From the NCBI GenBank assembly GCA_012295275.1, contig CM022677.1:930001-994000 (forward strand): a stretch of DNA of 64,000 nucleotides. The letters run 5' to 3'. A program made the position numbers and the translations under genes. This document shows positions 24,238 through 37,917 of the stretch, piece after piece (positions within the stretch are counted from its first letter, which is position 1; the number at the start of each line of letters is the position of its first letter). This stretch comes from Chrysomallon squamiferum (lineage: Eukaryota > Animalia > Mollusca). The notes under the pieces are model-generated. The model had not been told where the DNA came from, made no database searches, and saw only the letters and a list, made by a program, of their open reading frames with translations.

Positions 24238-27200
24238 CTAAGAAAATGTCTCTTTGTTCTGTTGAACAATAAAGTCCTGTGTGTTCAGATTTTTTCTTTC
24301 TTCTTCTGTCAATTCCTTGGCTGAGTATGGCGTGTTCATAAACTGCTGGAGATGAATCTGACAAACAAATAATACTGATAGTAAAATTACAAATAACAAT
24401 AATATGAAATGTAACAACAATATAACCCACAAAATTAATCAAAATGACAGTAAAATGTATCCATATAATTGGAATGTACATATAATGCACAGTATTAATT
24501 CTCCTGTGTCTGTGATAAGTAGTTTTGTGCAGATATGGAAACAACTGAACATACATCAGATTTTTATATTCTCCATAAATCATTACTAGGGCTTTGTTTC
24601 TATTTTCTTGTGCTTGGGGGCTGAAGACCAGAATTAAGTCATTTCTGTTTACTTCTAAATCAAAACCACTTGTAAATTTATTTTGATAAAGTTTCCTATT
24701 TCCTGGGACGCATGTTACAAATAAAATTTGGTCAGTTCTTGTTCTTTACAGCAAGTTAAATGTGACTTTAGTTTGAATACATTTTTAAAAACTGTTCTAG
24801 AATTTTTTAATACTATATTTTTCTTATCATTTGAAATCAATGTAGCCAGCATTTGTTTATATTTCACAAAATGTCAGTTTTCTTAATAGTTTTCTTAACT
24901 GTTAACTATTTGTGTAACAACAGACCTGAATAAATATGTTGACCTCCACACTTCGACTCAGGTAGGGGAAGTTTCCTCCAGATTTTAAATGAGCTCGCTT
25001 AGCATTTGGATAGCATTTGTACATGTCTTCTTTCACTGCAGTTGACAGCGCACAGTCATCAAACACCTTTAAAACAACATTTAAATTTAGCATTTCTTCT
25101 AAAGATTATTCTTTTGTTCAATTAAATGTCTTGCTAATCATAAACCTTAAAAAGTGAGGTAAATCTGCTCCTCTCTTTCTTGTGTCAATAATCACATTAT
25201 AATAATGTAACTTACATCAATAACAGTGATGATCACACTTTGTAACTTCTGTGGCTCCACGTAACAATTCATGCAGTTGAGAGTTAACCTTGATGCCAGT
25301 TCTGACTGTGACAACTGGTCAAGCTGAAATTAACAATATCCTTTTTAAACACAAACACATACAAAAACCTTTATAGGACTCCAACATTTTGTAAGAACTA
25401 TTAATTCCATAAATAATAAGCCCAAAACTAAAAATTATTTTAACAAATTGTATACTCCAACACAATAAACAACTTATGTAAAATATTTTCACTAACCTTT
25501 TCTACAAGGAAATCAACAGAATCAGCAATTCCATTGTCCATCAAACCCTTATTGAAGTTTCCCATCACCATTCTCTTTAGTACTAAAGCTGGCATCATCC
25601 AAAACCTGAAAAACAATCTTTAAAATAAGCATAAAAATAATCTAAAACACACATAGACACAAAGAACAGGTGCAAATTGTTCAGTATCAAAAGTTAATTT
25701 TTCAATTAGAGATACAATGGCTGACAAATGCCACAAACAACAGAGCACAACTTAAATCAGCCCAGAATCTGTTGTGTGAGCATATTAACTTTGGGGTATT
25801 TTACAAAATTTAAACAAAAAAGACAACAGTGAGTTTTAAAAAAAGAAACAAAGAGCTGAACTAGTGTTGGTGAAAGACTGGTGTGTTTTGTCATTTTAAA
25901 TGAATTGCATAAAATAATGGAACAGTTTTAAGACAACTGATTGGTAAAACTCAGCAAACATCTGAGCTAAAAATCCTCCAAGAGAGGCTCTGAAAATGTG
26001 TACCTGGTGAAAAAATGTGTACCTGAAACAACAAACAGACATCATCTCAAAAAAATTGTGTACCTGAAACAACAAACAGACATCATCTCAAAAAATGGTG
26101 GGTGAAACAACAAACAAACATCATCTCAAAAAAATGTGTACCTGAAACAACAAACAGACATCATCTCACAAAAATGTGTACCTGAAACAACAAACAGACA
26201 TCATCTCACAAAAATGTGTACCTGAAATAACAAACAGACATCATCTCAAAAAAATGTGTACCTGAAACAACAAACAGATGTCATCTCCTCAAAAACAATC
26301 ATTTTTATTTAACTTAAGAAAATGCCATTATTTCATGGGCATGCATGTATGTGCACTTTTATTGTGTACAAATGTTTTTCAACTGTAATACAGAGTAAAA
26401 ACAATTCAGTGAAGGTTTTTTTCCACGACAGATAAATAAAAATGCATTACGCCTTTTCTACTAAATTATTGTAATACATGTGATATTCTGAATACATATT
26501 ATTTATTCTATCCAGAATGTGACTACTTATTACTTATCTTATACTGGTTTAAGTAATTAACTTTTTTGCATGATAAAGAAAATAAATATGAGACGAAGAT
26601 TGTGCACATATTCTCTGTATATATGAATAATAATAAGTGATATACTGAGAGAACATGTTATACTCATTCTGTGTATAGATAGGTGAATGATATAATATAA
26701 GTGATATACTGAGAGAACATGTTATACACATTCTCTGTACAGATATGTGAATAATAATAAGTGATATACTGAGAGAACATGTTATACACATTCTATGTAC
26801 AGATATGTGAATAATAATAAGTGATATGATATAATTCTGTGTATAATAGTGAATGATATAATATAAGATATACTGAGAACATGTTACACATTCTCTGTAC
26901 AGATATGTAATAATAATAAGATATACTGAGAGAACATGAATTCTATGATATGTGAATAATAATAAGTGATATACTGAGAGAACATGTTATACACATTCTG
27001 TGTATAGATAGGTGAATGATATAATATAAGTGATATACTGAGAGAACATGTTATACACATTCTCTGTACAGATATGTGAATAATAATAAGTGATATACTG
27101 AGAGAACATGTTACACATTCTGTGTATAGATAGGTGAATGATATAATATAAGTGAAAACTCCTTCATTGTCTGTGTACAGATATGTGAATAATCAACCTC

Positions 27201-28174
27201 TGTCCAGTTGTAAGTGGTCAAGAAGACGACGGAAGCCATGTAAAAACTCCTTCATTGTCCAGTAGATAAAATATTCAAATTGGAGAATATCAGTTCACTA
27301 AAATTTCAATTATTATTATTATAACGCTGTTTTAAAATATATTCTTTATAATTTAATTAAAACATATAAATTTTACAGGCAAAGTCTGAATATATTTATA
27401 ACATTCTTAATATAAAAATCATTCATTAATTTTGTAAATTAAAAGCATTTAAGATCTTTTTAAACAAACTGTGTTAATGTTTAAAAAGAATAAGTAAAAA
27501 TAATTGATGATCAATTAACTTCATAATTTATTGTTAACATATCTCATGATCTGTTAGTTTTCAGCAGAGGTTTGCTCATTTTCCTATTATCTAAATATAT
27601 AACTAACTAGATATAATCATAATTAATTGTTGCAAGTTGCATAATTTAATTCAGTCTCTCACAGCAATCACTCTGTAACCTGCCACAGACAGAGACAAAA
27701 TCTGGCGGAAAAATACATCTGCTGTTCCACTAGCTGGTGGAAAACACATCAGAGGACATTTGACAGTGCGAGGACCCGCATCATATATCGTCCATTCTTT
27801 ACTGCTGTCATCATCAACAACAATCTGAAAATGTATTTAGTGTGAATAGTATTACACAATTGTTTATTCATTTTACTCTCACTTAAAAGATGAATAAATC
27901 AAATATTTTACAACTAAGCACTTCAGTTCTTTTTATATGCTGCTTTATAATAAAGATAAAACTGTAAAATTGGCCATTTAAAGAAACTGTGTACAAATGT
28001 GTGTGCATGTGTGTGTGTGTGTGTGTTTGTTTATATGTGTATGTGTGGTTGTGTGAGTGAGAGGGAAACAAACAGAGATGCTAACAAAATATCAACCACA
28101 ACGAAACTTACCTTTTTCTGTGGTACTGAGCTTCGGAAGCCTTGATATTCTGCACTTTTTGTTATTTCCGCCAT
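24238..28174 (-). CDS. SPG21: Maspardin (SPG21), 8 coding exons; exons 3 and 4 are corrupted in this sequence
   Basis: Intact exons: 28174-28112 ([21 protein letters not shown]), 27824-27663 ([19 protein letters not shown]...GYRVIA), 25605-25497, 25323-25216 ([12 protein letters not shown]), 25066-24926 ([15 protein letters not shown]) and 24357-24238. Exon 3 (about 27281-27198, [22 protein letters not shown]) and exon 4 (about 26003-25855, [19 protein letters not shown]) are recognisable but have broken splice sites or indels. Confidence 0.9.
25994..26290 (-). repeat. About 40-bp minisatellite containing the SPG21 exon-4 splice acceptor (about 7 copies)
   Basis: Plus-strand unit aaaatgtgtacctgaaacaacaaacagacatcatctcaaa. 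On the gene strand it reads tttgttgtttcag|GTACACATTTT, i.e. pyrimidine tract, AG and the first bases of the exon. Confidence 0.9.
26605..27195. repeat. About 60-bp minisatellite with two interleaved unit variants, SPG21 intron 3
   Basis: Core gtgatatactgagagaacatgttatacacattct followed by either ctgtacagatatgtgaataataataa or gtgtatagataggtgaatgatataatataa. About 10 copies, ending a few bases from the exon-3 donor. Confidence 0.9.
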
Positions 28175-28233
28175 CTTTTATCTTTTAAATATCATATTCT
28201 TGATTTCAACATTAATCTGAAAGATGGGCAAAA

Positions 28234-28280
<47 letters not shown>

Positions 28281-28465
28281 TTAATGACAATGTACATTTC
28301 ATTTACTGGGGGGGGGGTTAAGGACCATTCGAAAAAATAAGAAATTACTGTATTATTTATTATGATTACTTTTTATTTTATTTTTAGCATCAAGATGCTC
28401 CAACATTAATCCAGGAAAGCATTTATAACTGATAGAACAGTGAAAATCGTCTTGGGTGAAGACGG

Positions 28466-28520
<55 letters not shown>

Positions 28521-28739
28521 TGGATGAGTTAAGAAACTAAGGATTAAACTTCAAAAGTAAATATTATTATTTTCATGGACATATAAAACAATTGTCTAAA
28601 TTGTCAATCTTTCTGATCATATTATTAGGTCAGAATGTCATTTAAATTTTATCAATTAATAATGATAATCAATATAACAATAGACACAGTTAAATTAAAC
28701 GCCTACAGTAATTTCTTTTTCGTTTCATAACCAGCCAGG

Positions 28740-28800
28740 AAGTCATCTGATCTGTTCACGTGAGAAACCTCGAGATCCGGAAGTAACTCTTCAGGGGTGT
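28740..28800. promoter_or_regulatory. Putative compact bidirectional promoter of SPG21 and the ODF3-like gene
   Basis: E-box TCACGTGA (28756-28763) and ETS CCGGAAGT (28777-28784), within 100 bp of the ODF3-like ATG (28855). Confidence 0.55.
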
Positions 28801-28854
28801 TACTAACGGTTCGCAATATTTGTAAACAATTGATAGCGGGAATTTTAAACCACA

Positions 28855-29395
28855 ATGCCAAAAGAAAAAGCTGAGAAACGTATAGTTGCTGCAAGATTGG
28901 CAGGTTCGGATGCAGTTAGATAATAACAATAATTAACAATACCAATACCAATAGCAGTAGCAGAATCACTACTAGGAGTAACAGTAACAGTAACAATAAC
29001 AATAACAATAACAATAACAATAACAATAACAATAACAATAGTAACAATAAAAATGACAATAATTAATTGTTAATAATGATAACGATGATAAAAAACAAAC
29101 ATGTAGTAACAAAAAGATTATTACTTTTTGTTCGTATTTATTTGATTTATATATTTATTATTGTTGTTGTATATTATGTGACTGACATCTTCATATAGGT
29201 CCAGGACCAGGGGTTTATGGTCTCCCCAATCTGACGGGGTTTGTGGACCATGATGTCACAAAAGATAAAAGACCTGCATACTCATTCGGAAAGAGATATG
29301 TTTACACAGGTTAGTTAGTTGTGTTATTTTGTCATATTTATTTTATTTCTTTAATTTTGGTGCGTTTTTTTTTTTTTTTTTTTTTTATTATTTAC

Positions 29396-29438
<43 letters not shown>

Positions 29439-30516
29439 TAATGGTTTTATAGGGAGAATTAAATATAATAACTAATCAACTATGTTGTTTTATTTAATTA
29501 TTATTTAGAAAAATATCATAGCCCAGGACCAGCTTATTTTGTAAAAAGTGGATTAACACATAAAGGAGTTGATGGTATTCCAGCATATACTGCAAGAATT
29601 AGATTTAATGACCAAGGTATGATCACTTCTAAACATTGTCTTTACTTCTTACCATACGTGGTACATTTTATTTATCATACACATAATTAGAAATGGAAAG
29701 AAACAACTGTACTTAGTGCTTTTACTTTCAAGAATAATTTATTATTTTTTATCAATAATGTCCTAATACAAGCATGCAGTAACTGGTTCTTTTCAAGATC
29801 ATTTTAAGTGATTACATTTTAACTGCTGCATCTGTATTAATAAAAAGTTATAATATAAATATTTTGAGTCAGTTTAAGTAAACTGCTGATAAAGATTTTT
29901 TTTTTAAACTTAATTTGTTTTGTTTTCTTTGTAAGTTTTTTGTGGTATAAAATGCATCCTCCCAGATTTATTTTATTGGTATATAATTTATTATTAGCAG
30001 AAGTCAGATTGATGTTACACATATAAAATTTAATTGATAGGTATTTTCCGAACTCCTGCTCCTAATGCTTACGAAAATGAGAAATGTCACCCCCAAGGTG
30101 AGAAAATTGCACCAATGTACACGATGAGAAGTCGAACCCATTACAGGAAATCTGACCCTAACCCTGCTCCAAACCGATACACTCTGCCCCGAGTGATTGG
30201 ACCTGACCAGGCGTACAAGAGGTCTGGTTCTGCGTACACAATGCGGCAACACCTGAAGACAGGCCATTTTGCTGAGGATTATGTTCATTCTCCTGGTGCT
30301 GCTGGCTACGGTTCAACAAAGATAAATGCGTACAGACCGAAGCTTCCAGAATACACAATGAGAGAAAAAGTTGCACTGCAGGGGGCTGACACCAACAAGC
30401 CAGGTCCTGATGCTCACAAACGAGAGGATGTCACGGTCAACATGCCGCGAGCGCCACAGTTTTCTATGGGAGTCAAACACACAGACTTTGAAACACTGCT
30501 GTTTGTCGAACCCTAA
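28855..30516 (+). CDS. ODF3: ODF3/CIMAP1-like SHIPPO (PGP)-repeat axonemal protein, 4 coding exons
   Basis: Exons 28855-28903, 29199-29309, 29509-29616 and 30041-30516, all joined in phase 1. Repeats GPGPGVYGLP..G...HD......PAYSFG, SPGPAY, TPAPNAY, NPAPNRYTLP, SPGAAGY, KPGPDAH and APQFSMGVKH. Confidence 0.88.
28975..29052. repeat. (TAACAA)n hexamer microsatellite
   Basis: Direct run of taacaa and taacag units in intron 1 of the ODF3-like gene. Confidence 0.9.
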
Positions 30517-31557
30517 TTTCATGTAACCAAATCTAACATCTTTTTTTTTTTTTTTCATTACAATAAACTGCATAGAAAACTGGTATCTTGTGAAACAAAA
30601 TTTGCCTCAAACGAATGAAAAGTTAAAATCTTACTAAAAAATATTTGTAATATTAACAGTTATAAAGATTACACCAAAATGATAGCTGGTTTCTAAATTA
30701 TGAAGTATTTATAACTTGAAAGGTGCATTAAAAAAAAAAAAAAAAATGAATTTGTCTTTGTAGAGGCATACATTTTTATTTAGTTTGTTATGTGCATGTA
30801 TGCACACTATTTTTAGAATTAAATATTTAATGTTCTATCAAAGATCCAATAGTCTCTTTGCATGGTCTGGTATTAGTTGTGTTCAACATTTGAACATTAC
30901 ATGTCAAAACTGTCATAAAAAAAATCTCTGTTTATTAAAGTATTTTGATAACCCATTTAAACTGTTACATAAAGTGTGAATAAAAAAATGATACATTGAA
31001 ATGGTGCTGTTAATCAAATTAAAAAAGTATGAAAGCTTGTATAAATTATTTGTTTGGTACCCAGATATTTATATTTGCAGAAGAAAAATATTTCCTAACA
31101 AAAATACTGTATTCAAATATCTCAGCATAAGCATATTCTTATTCCTTCTTGTATTCCATAACAGTGTTTGGAAGTTCCAAAAAAAAATATCTCTGTACTA
31201 ACAGTACACATACATCTTAATCTGAAGAGAAAACAGTCGACAATATCACATACAAAATTTATTCTTATCTAACACCAGAACATTGAAATAAGAGAAAAAA
31301 GATGGTGCTTTTCAATAATAAAAGTATCTTGTTTTTCAAGCTGTTTTCCATGATGTGTTTCAATGTTGTGAGTAAGAATAAAACTCATTTCTGAAATGAA
31401 GTCGTTGAGACAAAGTACTGAGCTCGGAACCAGTCCTGTAGCAGTGAGATTGTCAGGTAGGATATGAACAGAAATGTTGATGTGATGAGGACACCTTCAG
31501 TTTGTATCACAGTAAAATCACAGGCAAACCAGACGACTGATCAGTGCAAAACGTCTG

Positions 31558-32817
31558 TCAGGAGCTTGTTGGAAGTTTGCGTCGGAACAGAAGTATATGT
31601 GGCTCTACAAAACAAAAATGTAAAGATAAAAGAAAACTATTATATAATCACTAACCTAATTCCTAATAAGTAAAAACTATATAAACTTGTCAGTACAAAT
31701 TTTGAATTTAAATTTGAAAATATGCCTTGAAGTATTAAGCTATTATTATAATGTTTGAACAGTATTTTAATTTCACACTTTTGGTTATAAATATTGTGGC
31801 AGATAATGTTTTGTCAGTATTTGTTTTGTTTAAAATTTTAAGTAAATATTTCATGTCATTTACTGAATATTGTTCAGAAAATGCAAATTCAGAAAAATAA
31901 ATTTATGAAAACAATGCTAAGAACTATAGAAGAGTCCACATTTAGTGAGATCAAGCAAGCAGCTAAAATGCACCCACCTTACGGTGAGGAACAATTAGTC
32001 ACACATGCATTTTTTTCATATTTAACAAATACGGGAAACATTTCAACTTTAAATTTTAAAGCTGTCATTAAAAACAAGGTCATTTATTTATATCTAAAAA
32101 CAAAAAATAAACATTAAAAAACAAATTAGAGAAAAGTTATAAAGAATTAAAAATACTTTACCACATAATTCTACCAGTAGTTCTAAACCACATTATGTCG
32201 TTAGTGTTTATTCAGATCACGAACTTGTTAAATGCAACTCACCTGGATCATGTTTCATGTAGTGGACCCAGCCATGGCTCTGCTGAACTCCTATACTCCT
32301 CCATTCTGCTTCAGACATCAGGTGCGTTCTCGGCACTAATTTTGAGATGTCTTTAGGTAGCATAACATGCCTGCAACAACAAAGAAACGAGTTTATTTTT
32401 AAATATATTTTTTTTTAATCCGTGTTTCGTAATCTATTCAGTAATCTCGCAAATTTGAGGCACTCCACGTTACTGTTACACAACTTTAACTTACAGTGTT
32501 GGTCAATTACATGAACGATTCAGTATTTCTAAGCGGTAACAAATCAGTGATATTACATTGCTGGTTATCAACAACATCCTGTTCAGATGCTATATCATTA
32601 GTCATTAAGTGTATGCAAATATTTCAAGCTGATTAATACCCTGTTAACGATTTAAAATGAACAAAATATTTAAATAATAATGATGCAAGTTCGCACATGT
32701 TTTAAGCATTTAACTTACAATCGACGAATCGAGTTTTCTGATTTTGCACACTCACCTGTATTCATATATACTATCTGTATATTTATCAGAATAATATATG
32801 TTTTTAACAGAAGACAT
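31558..32817 (-). CDS. CKS1: Cyclin-dependent kinase regulatory subunit (CKS1/2), 3 coding exons; absent from the ORF track
   Basis: Exons 32817-32756, 32370-32243 and 31604-31558 give [78 protein letters not shown]. Confidence 0.97.
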
Positions 32818-32879
32818 TTTTAACCGATTTGAAACTAAAAGACAGAGAAAACTTTCCGCACACACAAACGACAAACCAT

Positions 32880-32980
32880 TCCAAATTTCAAAGTGACGTA
32901 GAGTAGAAGATTTACTTTAAAGGAGACTGAAGATCAATGATTGGCCGAGATCACATTCTAGTTGAATGTGATTGGTTAAA
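32880..32980 (-). promoter_or_regulatory. CKS1 promoter: CHR-like element plus two CCAAT boxes
   Basis: On the gene strand, CCAAT occurs at 32975-32971 and 32944-32940 (31 bp apart) and TTTGAA at 32892-32887, about 70 bp upstream of the ATG. Confidence 0.6.
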
Positions 32981-33341
32981 ATTGTATGGCTGGGGAAAAC
33001 ATAGACTGGTGTATAATATTTACGGTCAACTATTTTTGTTTCGTATTTGTGGAGTTCTGGTCAAAACAAAGTTATTTGGTTGGGTGGGGCAGGATTTTTG
33101 AATTCAGAACGGTATGGAAGAGCCTGTTTTATAATGCTTAATAAATGGGATGAATATGAATATGTAAATAAAGACAAAATACAGTATGCCCTTAGTTAAC
33201 GGACACAAACGTTTCCTTTAGCTTTGAATCGAGAACTCACGATCACTGTAAAGGTGGATTGAAGGGGGCACCAGGTATTGTTCTGCAGGCAGTTCTCAGC
33301 AAATTTAACAAAAATGAACATGTCTACTAAACGATTATAAC

Positions 33342-33395
<54 letters not shown>

Positions 33396-33609
33396 AAATA
33401 TGACTTTAAAATATGAGAAAAAAAAATAACATAAAAAAAATAAACAACAACAAAAAGTAAAAAAAGAAGAAAACAAAACAAAATCTAAACAAAAAGAGAA
33501 ACAGAAACATTAGATTAAATTAATGAATGCATATTAACCTAAACAAACTTTAAATATTAAATGCTTATAGATATCAGTAATTCGAGTAATTCACAGGATT
33601 GGCTCTATG

Positions 33610-33649
<40 letters not shown>

Positions 33650-36092
33650 AGCTGACGATGTGTGTGTGTGTGTAATGCGCGAGCTTATTGAATGATTTTG
33701 TTAAATTTGTTATATAAATTTATTCATACCATCCAGTTACCATTTCACTGATATTAAATAGTGGATAGTAGATAAATAGTCGTTAACAAATGTGCGTAAA
33801 TATTTCTCGGAAATGATTAAGTATTTAAGGTGTTTTGTCAACCATGTTAATTAACAACGTCACTGATAATAAAATTGTTAAAGATAAGTTTTGAGCATGC
33901 GTATTTGATCTCTTTCGCACTTCTTCCTGTTTACAATCACTTCCTCGTTTAGTGTTCTCATGAGGTTTGAAACATATAAATTAAAATATAAATAATACAA
34001 GCTTTATTAAGTCAGGTAAGGGACATTTTTCTTCTTTAGTTTACCTAATATGTATTGATTAACATTAAGTTGAACATATTTACTAAGTAGGAAGCAAAAC
34101 AACTACAGTAGTAGTAGGTACGGTCATTTCGAAGTTGCAGTTCAACTTTATGCTCTGCTAATAATATCATGTATGGCTTTGAGTCAGCAAAAAGTACTTA
34201 CTTCACTGTAGTCATCTTGTTAGGATAATATGTTTATCCGATAGCCTAATCACTGACATTTATTCATATATCGTATGAAATAATTGTTCTATTACTATTA
34301 CGATTAACTGCAGATATAGTCGTATAAAATGTATTATTAAAACCATGTATTATTGTTCTGATTTCACAGCCTGTACAAATTTATAATATTTCAGTAAATA
34401 AAAATGTAATAAAGTGTAATAAAATTAATAACACTTTACAATGAAGAAAATTTATTTAATTATATGTTTATTATTAATTAAAGCAATGTGTTCTATAAGT
34501 GTAATTATCAAAACTGAGAAGGAAAATATAAGGAAGAACATCTGTTATATTTTTTTTTTTTTCTTCTTCTTTGATTTTTTTAAATCTTTGTTTATCATTT
34601 GAAAAAGGAATTTCTTTTACAACTTCAATTTCATTATATAGTAGTTCCTTGACTATCAAACCAGAAAGATGATTTTATTTTTCATTTTTACAAATGAATA
34701 TTCATCTTGTACTTGTTTTGTGTTTTTGTTGTTATTAATATTGATATTAATGTTTTGTTTTGTTTTATTTTGCATTGTATTGTATATTTAACAAATGGTG
34801 TTCTCATTCTAAGGCTATGGTGACAATAATTCAAAATATAATGAAAAAACAACAACAACCAAACAAGTCTTTTTGGGGGTATTCTCTCATTATTATTACT
34901 ATTTTTTAATGATTTCTGTAAGTGATGCAAATCTTTAAATGATTCTTTTCAGTTACTAACTGAGGTTTCAGTGGCTGATAGGTGCTGTTATTCAGTAGGA
35001 GTGACAACTTTCTAATTACTTTCATTACTTCAGTTTCAGTTGTTTTGCAAAACATACATAATTATTTATTTTATAAAATGTTTTATTAAAAAAACTTTTA
35101 ATTGAAAGGCCTAGATTTAATGGAAGAAATTGTAAACAATAACAAAATAATTACTTTTTAAATTCTGTATTTGCATAAGAACATTTTATTTTATTTATTT
35201 TATTTTTAATTATTTTGTCAATTCACAATCAGATATATCAAACTGTTGTGTAGGTAAACTCTAAATAACAAAGATGTAAAAAGGAAAATAAAAATTCAGA
35301 GTTTATTTTAAAGAAATAGATATAAATACACAATGTTAAAAATCTGAACCAGTAATCCACTCATATTAACATATGAAAAAACCCATTACCGAATAATTTT
35401 AAATTTAAAATTAATATCAATTGCAATATATTGTAATCTGTTATAACTTGTCAAAGTGTCATTCCATTGTCATAAATTTAAATTTAAATTATTCATTTGT
35501 GCTTAGATTGATTTCAGTTATTCTCGTTTTTAATTATTTGCTGTCTACCTTGAAATAGAATATTTATTTATTTATTTAATTATTGCTAAATCTGTTTTAG
35601 TTAAAAATAAAATGATAATTAAAAGCAGATATCTTTAAATATTTTTATGTAGCTTTTTACTCCTCATATAGATTTATCTTTATTCCTTTTTTTTTAATTA
35701 TTATTATTATTATTTTATATTTTTTTAATGGATTGGTTAACGCTATTTCAAACAGTTTTGACATAAAAGTTGGTTATATTGACATCATTCAGTCTAAATG
35801 TATGTAACAGAATGTCGTAAACAGGGATGAATAATTATTTTAAGATGTGATAATCTGCCAAGCCAGGAAATAACAACTAGCTCTAAGTAGCTGTTAAGAA
35901 TGAAGTTATAACAGAAAAATACTGGAATCAAAAAAAAAATCCTACTGAAATTATCACAAGAAATTAACATTTATTTTATTTCACCACACATCTTTAATGT
36001 AAACTGAAGAAAACTTAACACTTGCTACAATTATTTTTTTTTTATTAAGAAGGCATTGCAGAATATTGCCTATATCTTTTAAGTTATAAATG

Positions 36093-36140
<48 letters not shown>

Positions 36141-36628
36141 AATAGCTTTCATTGTTTTGTTTAGGAAATTAAATCTAGTTCAGCTCAGAGTAACTAATTT
36201 AAACACAATAAGTCAGAATATAAAGTCCACACAAGTGAGTGATATGTGAATGAATGTTGACAAAGTGAGTCATTTTAGTTTGTCAGTTACTAATAGCTGA
36301 AGATATTTCTTTAAGTCTTGATAGTATTCTTTTATCATCATCATCATTTTTTTCTTCTACAAATGCTGATATTAACTTTTTTTTTTTATGATAGTTCCAT
36401 AGTTATTTCTTAAGTACGTTTTCTCTTTTGAGAAGATTGAAAATGTTTGCTTTAAAATAATTAGTAATTCTGAAATTCATAAAAGTCCTAATACAAAATA
36501 AAAAGGTTTATCGAAGCTAATTTCAGTTTTTGTTAGTAACATTATACAGTATAGAAAAATAATAGGCATTTTTTACAATTATTTTTATTACTATTATTGT
36601 TTAGTTATTATTATTAATCTTCATTAGA

Positions 36629-36717
<89 letters not shown>

Positions 36718-37917
36718 ATTGTAGGTACAAAAGATTAAAAAATAATATAGAATAAAATTTTCATTTTTTTTTATAATTTACTTTGTACATGATTTTCATT
36801 TTAGACCTACACTATCGTTAACAAAAGAATTAACTGTAGAAAGGTAACATGACTGGCTGATGCAATAGATATTTATTTATATAGTATAGTATAAACCTTA
36901 CAAAGAACGATGACTCATTCATCTGTGTTTTTGTCATGATTTTCAGCGAAGTGTGGTATAAATGACCCTGTTGACAAACAGAAAACAGATGTAACTGTGT
37001 GTTAGCAAAGACTAACATTGTGTAATGTGCAGGTGGGGTGTTTTGAAAACTACACAGTCTTTAGACTGGCGTGTCTGAGTGTGGCAGTATCTGTGTGAAT
37101 TTGTCAATGTATTTTGTAGAGAGTTGTTTTTGTACATTATTCTTTTCTTCTTTATTTTTTTCTTAAATTTATTTTGTATTTAAACTTTATGGCATATATA
37201 TGTAAAAATATAAAAAGAAAAAAAAGAAAAAAGAAATATACAGAAACAGAAAATATATATATATATATATATAAGAAAAAAAAAGACCAAAATAACAAGT
37301 CAAAAACACTGAAACTGATTCCAGAGTAACCTAAAATACAGAGCCAGCACTGATCTAAGACTGTTTTGTCCTCATAAAATAAAAATATCATTTATATAAT
37401 CATAATTTTTATTTTGTGCTTTTTCAGAATATTTATGTTTATAAACAATGTGCGACACAACAGTAAAAATAGGTGCATGTAGTAAAAAATATTTTATTAT
37501 CATTGTGGTAAATTCTTGTTTCATTTGACAACATAGTAAAATATCCATGAAATAATCACATACATACATAAACACACATCAGTGTGGCTAAGAAAATGTA
37601 TAAAAATAGTTTTATAACATTCGTTTCTGCTTACCGTAATATTTTACTTCATTTCAGATTTAAAGTTTGGACCATGGTTCTGGGAAAAATTAAAAATAAA
37701 TGTTTAGTCTTATTTATTTATTTTGTTTTGTTTTGTTGTTTTGCTATTATTACTATTATTATTATTATTATTATTATTACTATTATTATTATTATTATTA
37801 TGGGCTTTTGGGGGGTTGTGTATTTGTATGTGTTTTTGTTTGCAGTGATTTAACATTTTTAGAAAATATAAATAAATGTTTTGTTTTCTCATTTTTTTTT
37901 TTTTTTTTTTTCTCAGA

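Noticed and set aside
30004-30573. Minus-strand ORFs overlapping ODF3-like exon 4
   Set aside because: Antisense shadows of a GC-richer coding exon.
33610-33645. Poly(A) tract as a retrocopy tail
   Set aside because: No upstream processed-gene or SINE body and no target-site duplication recognisable.
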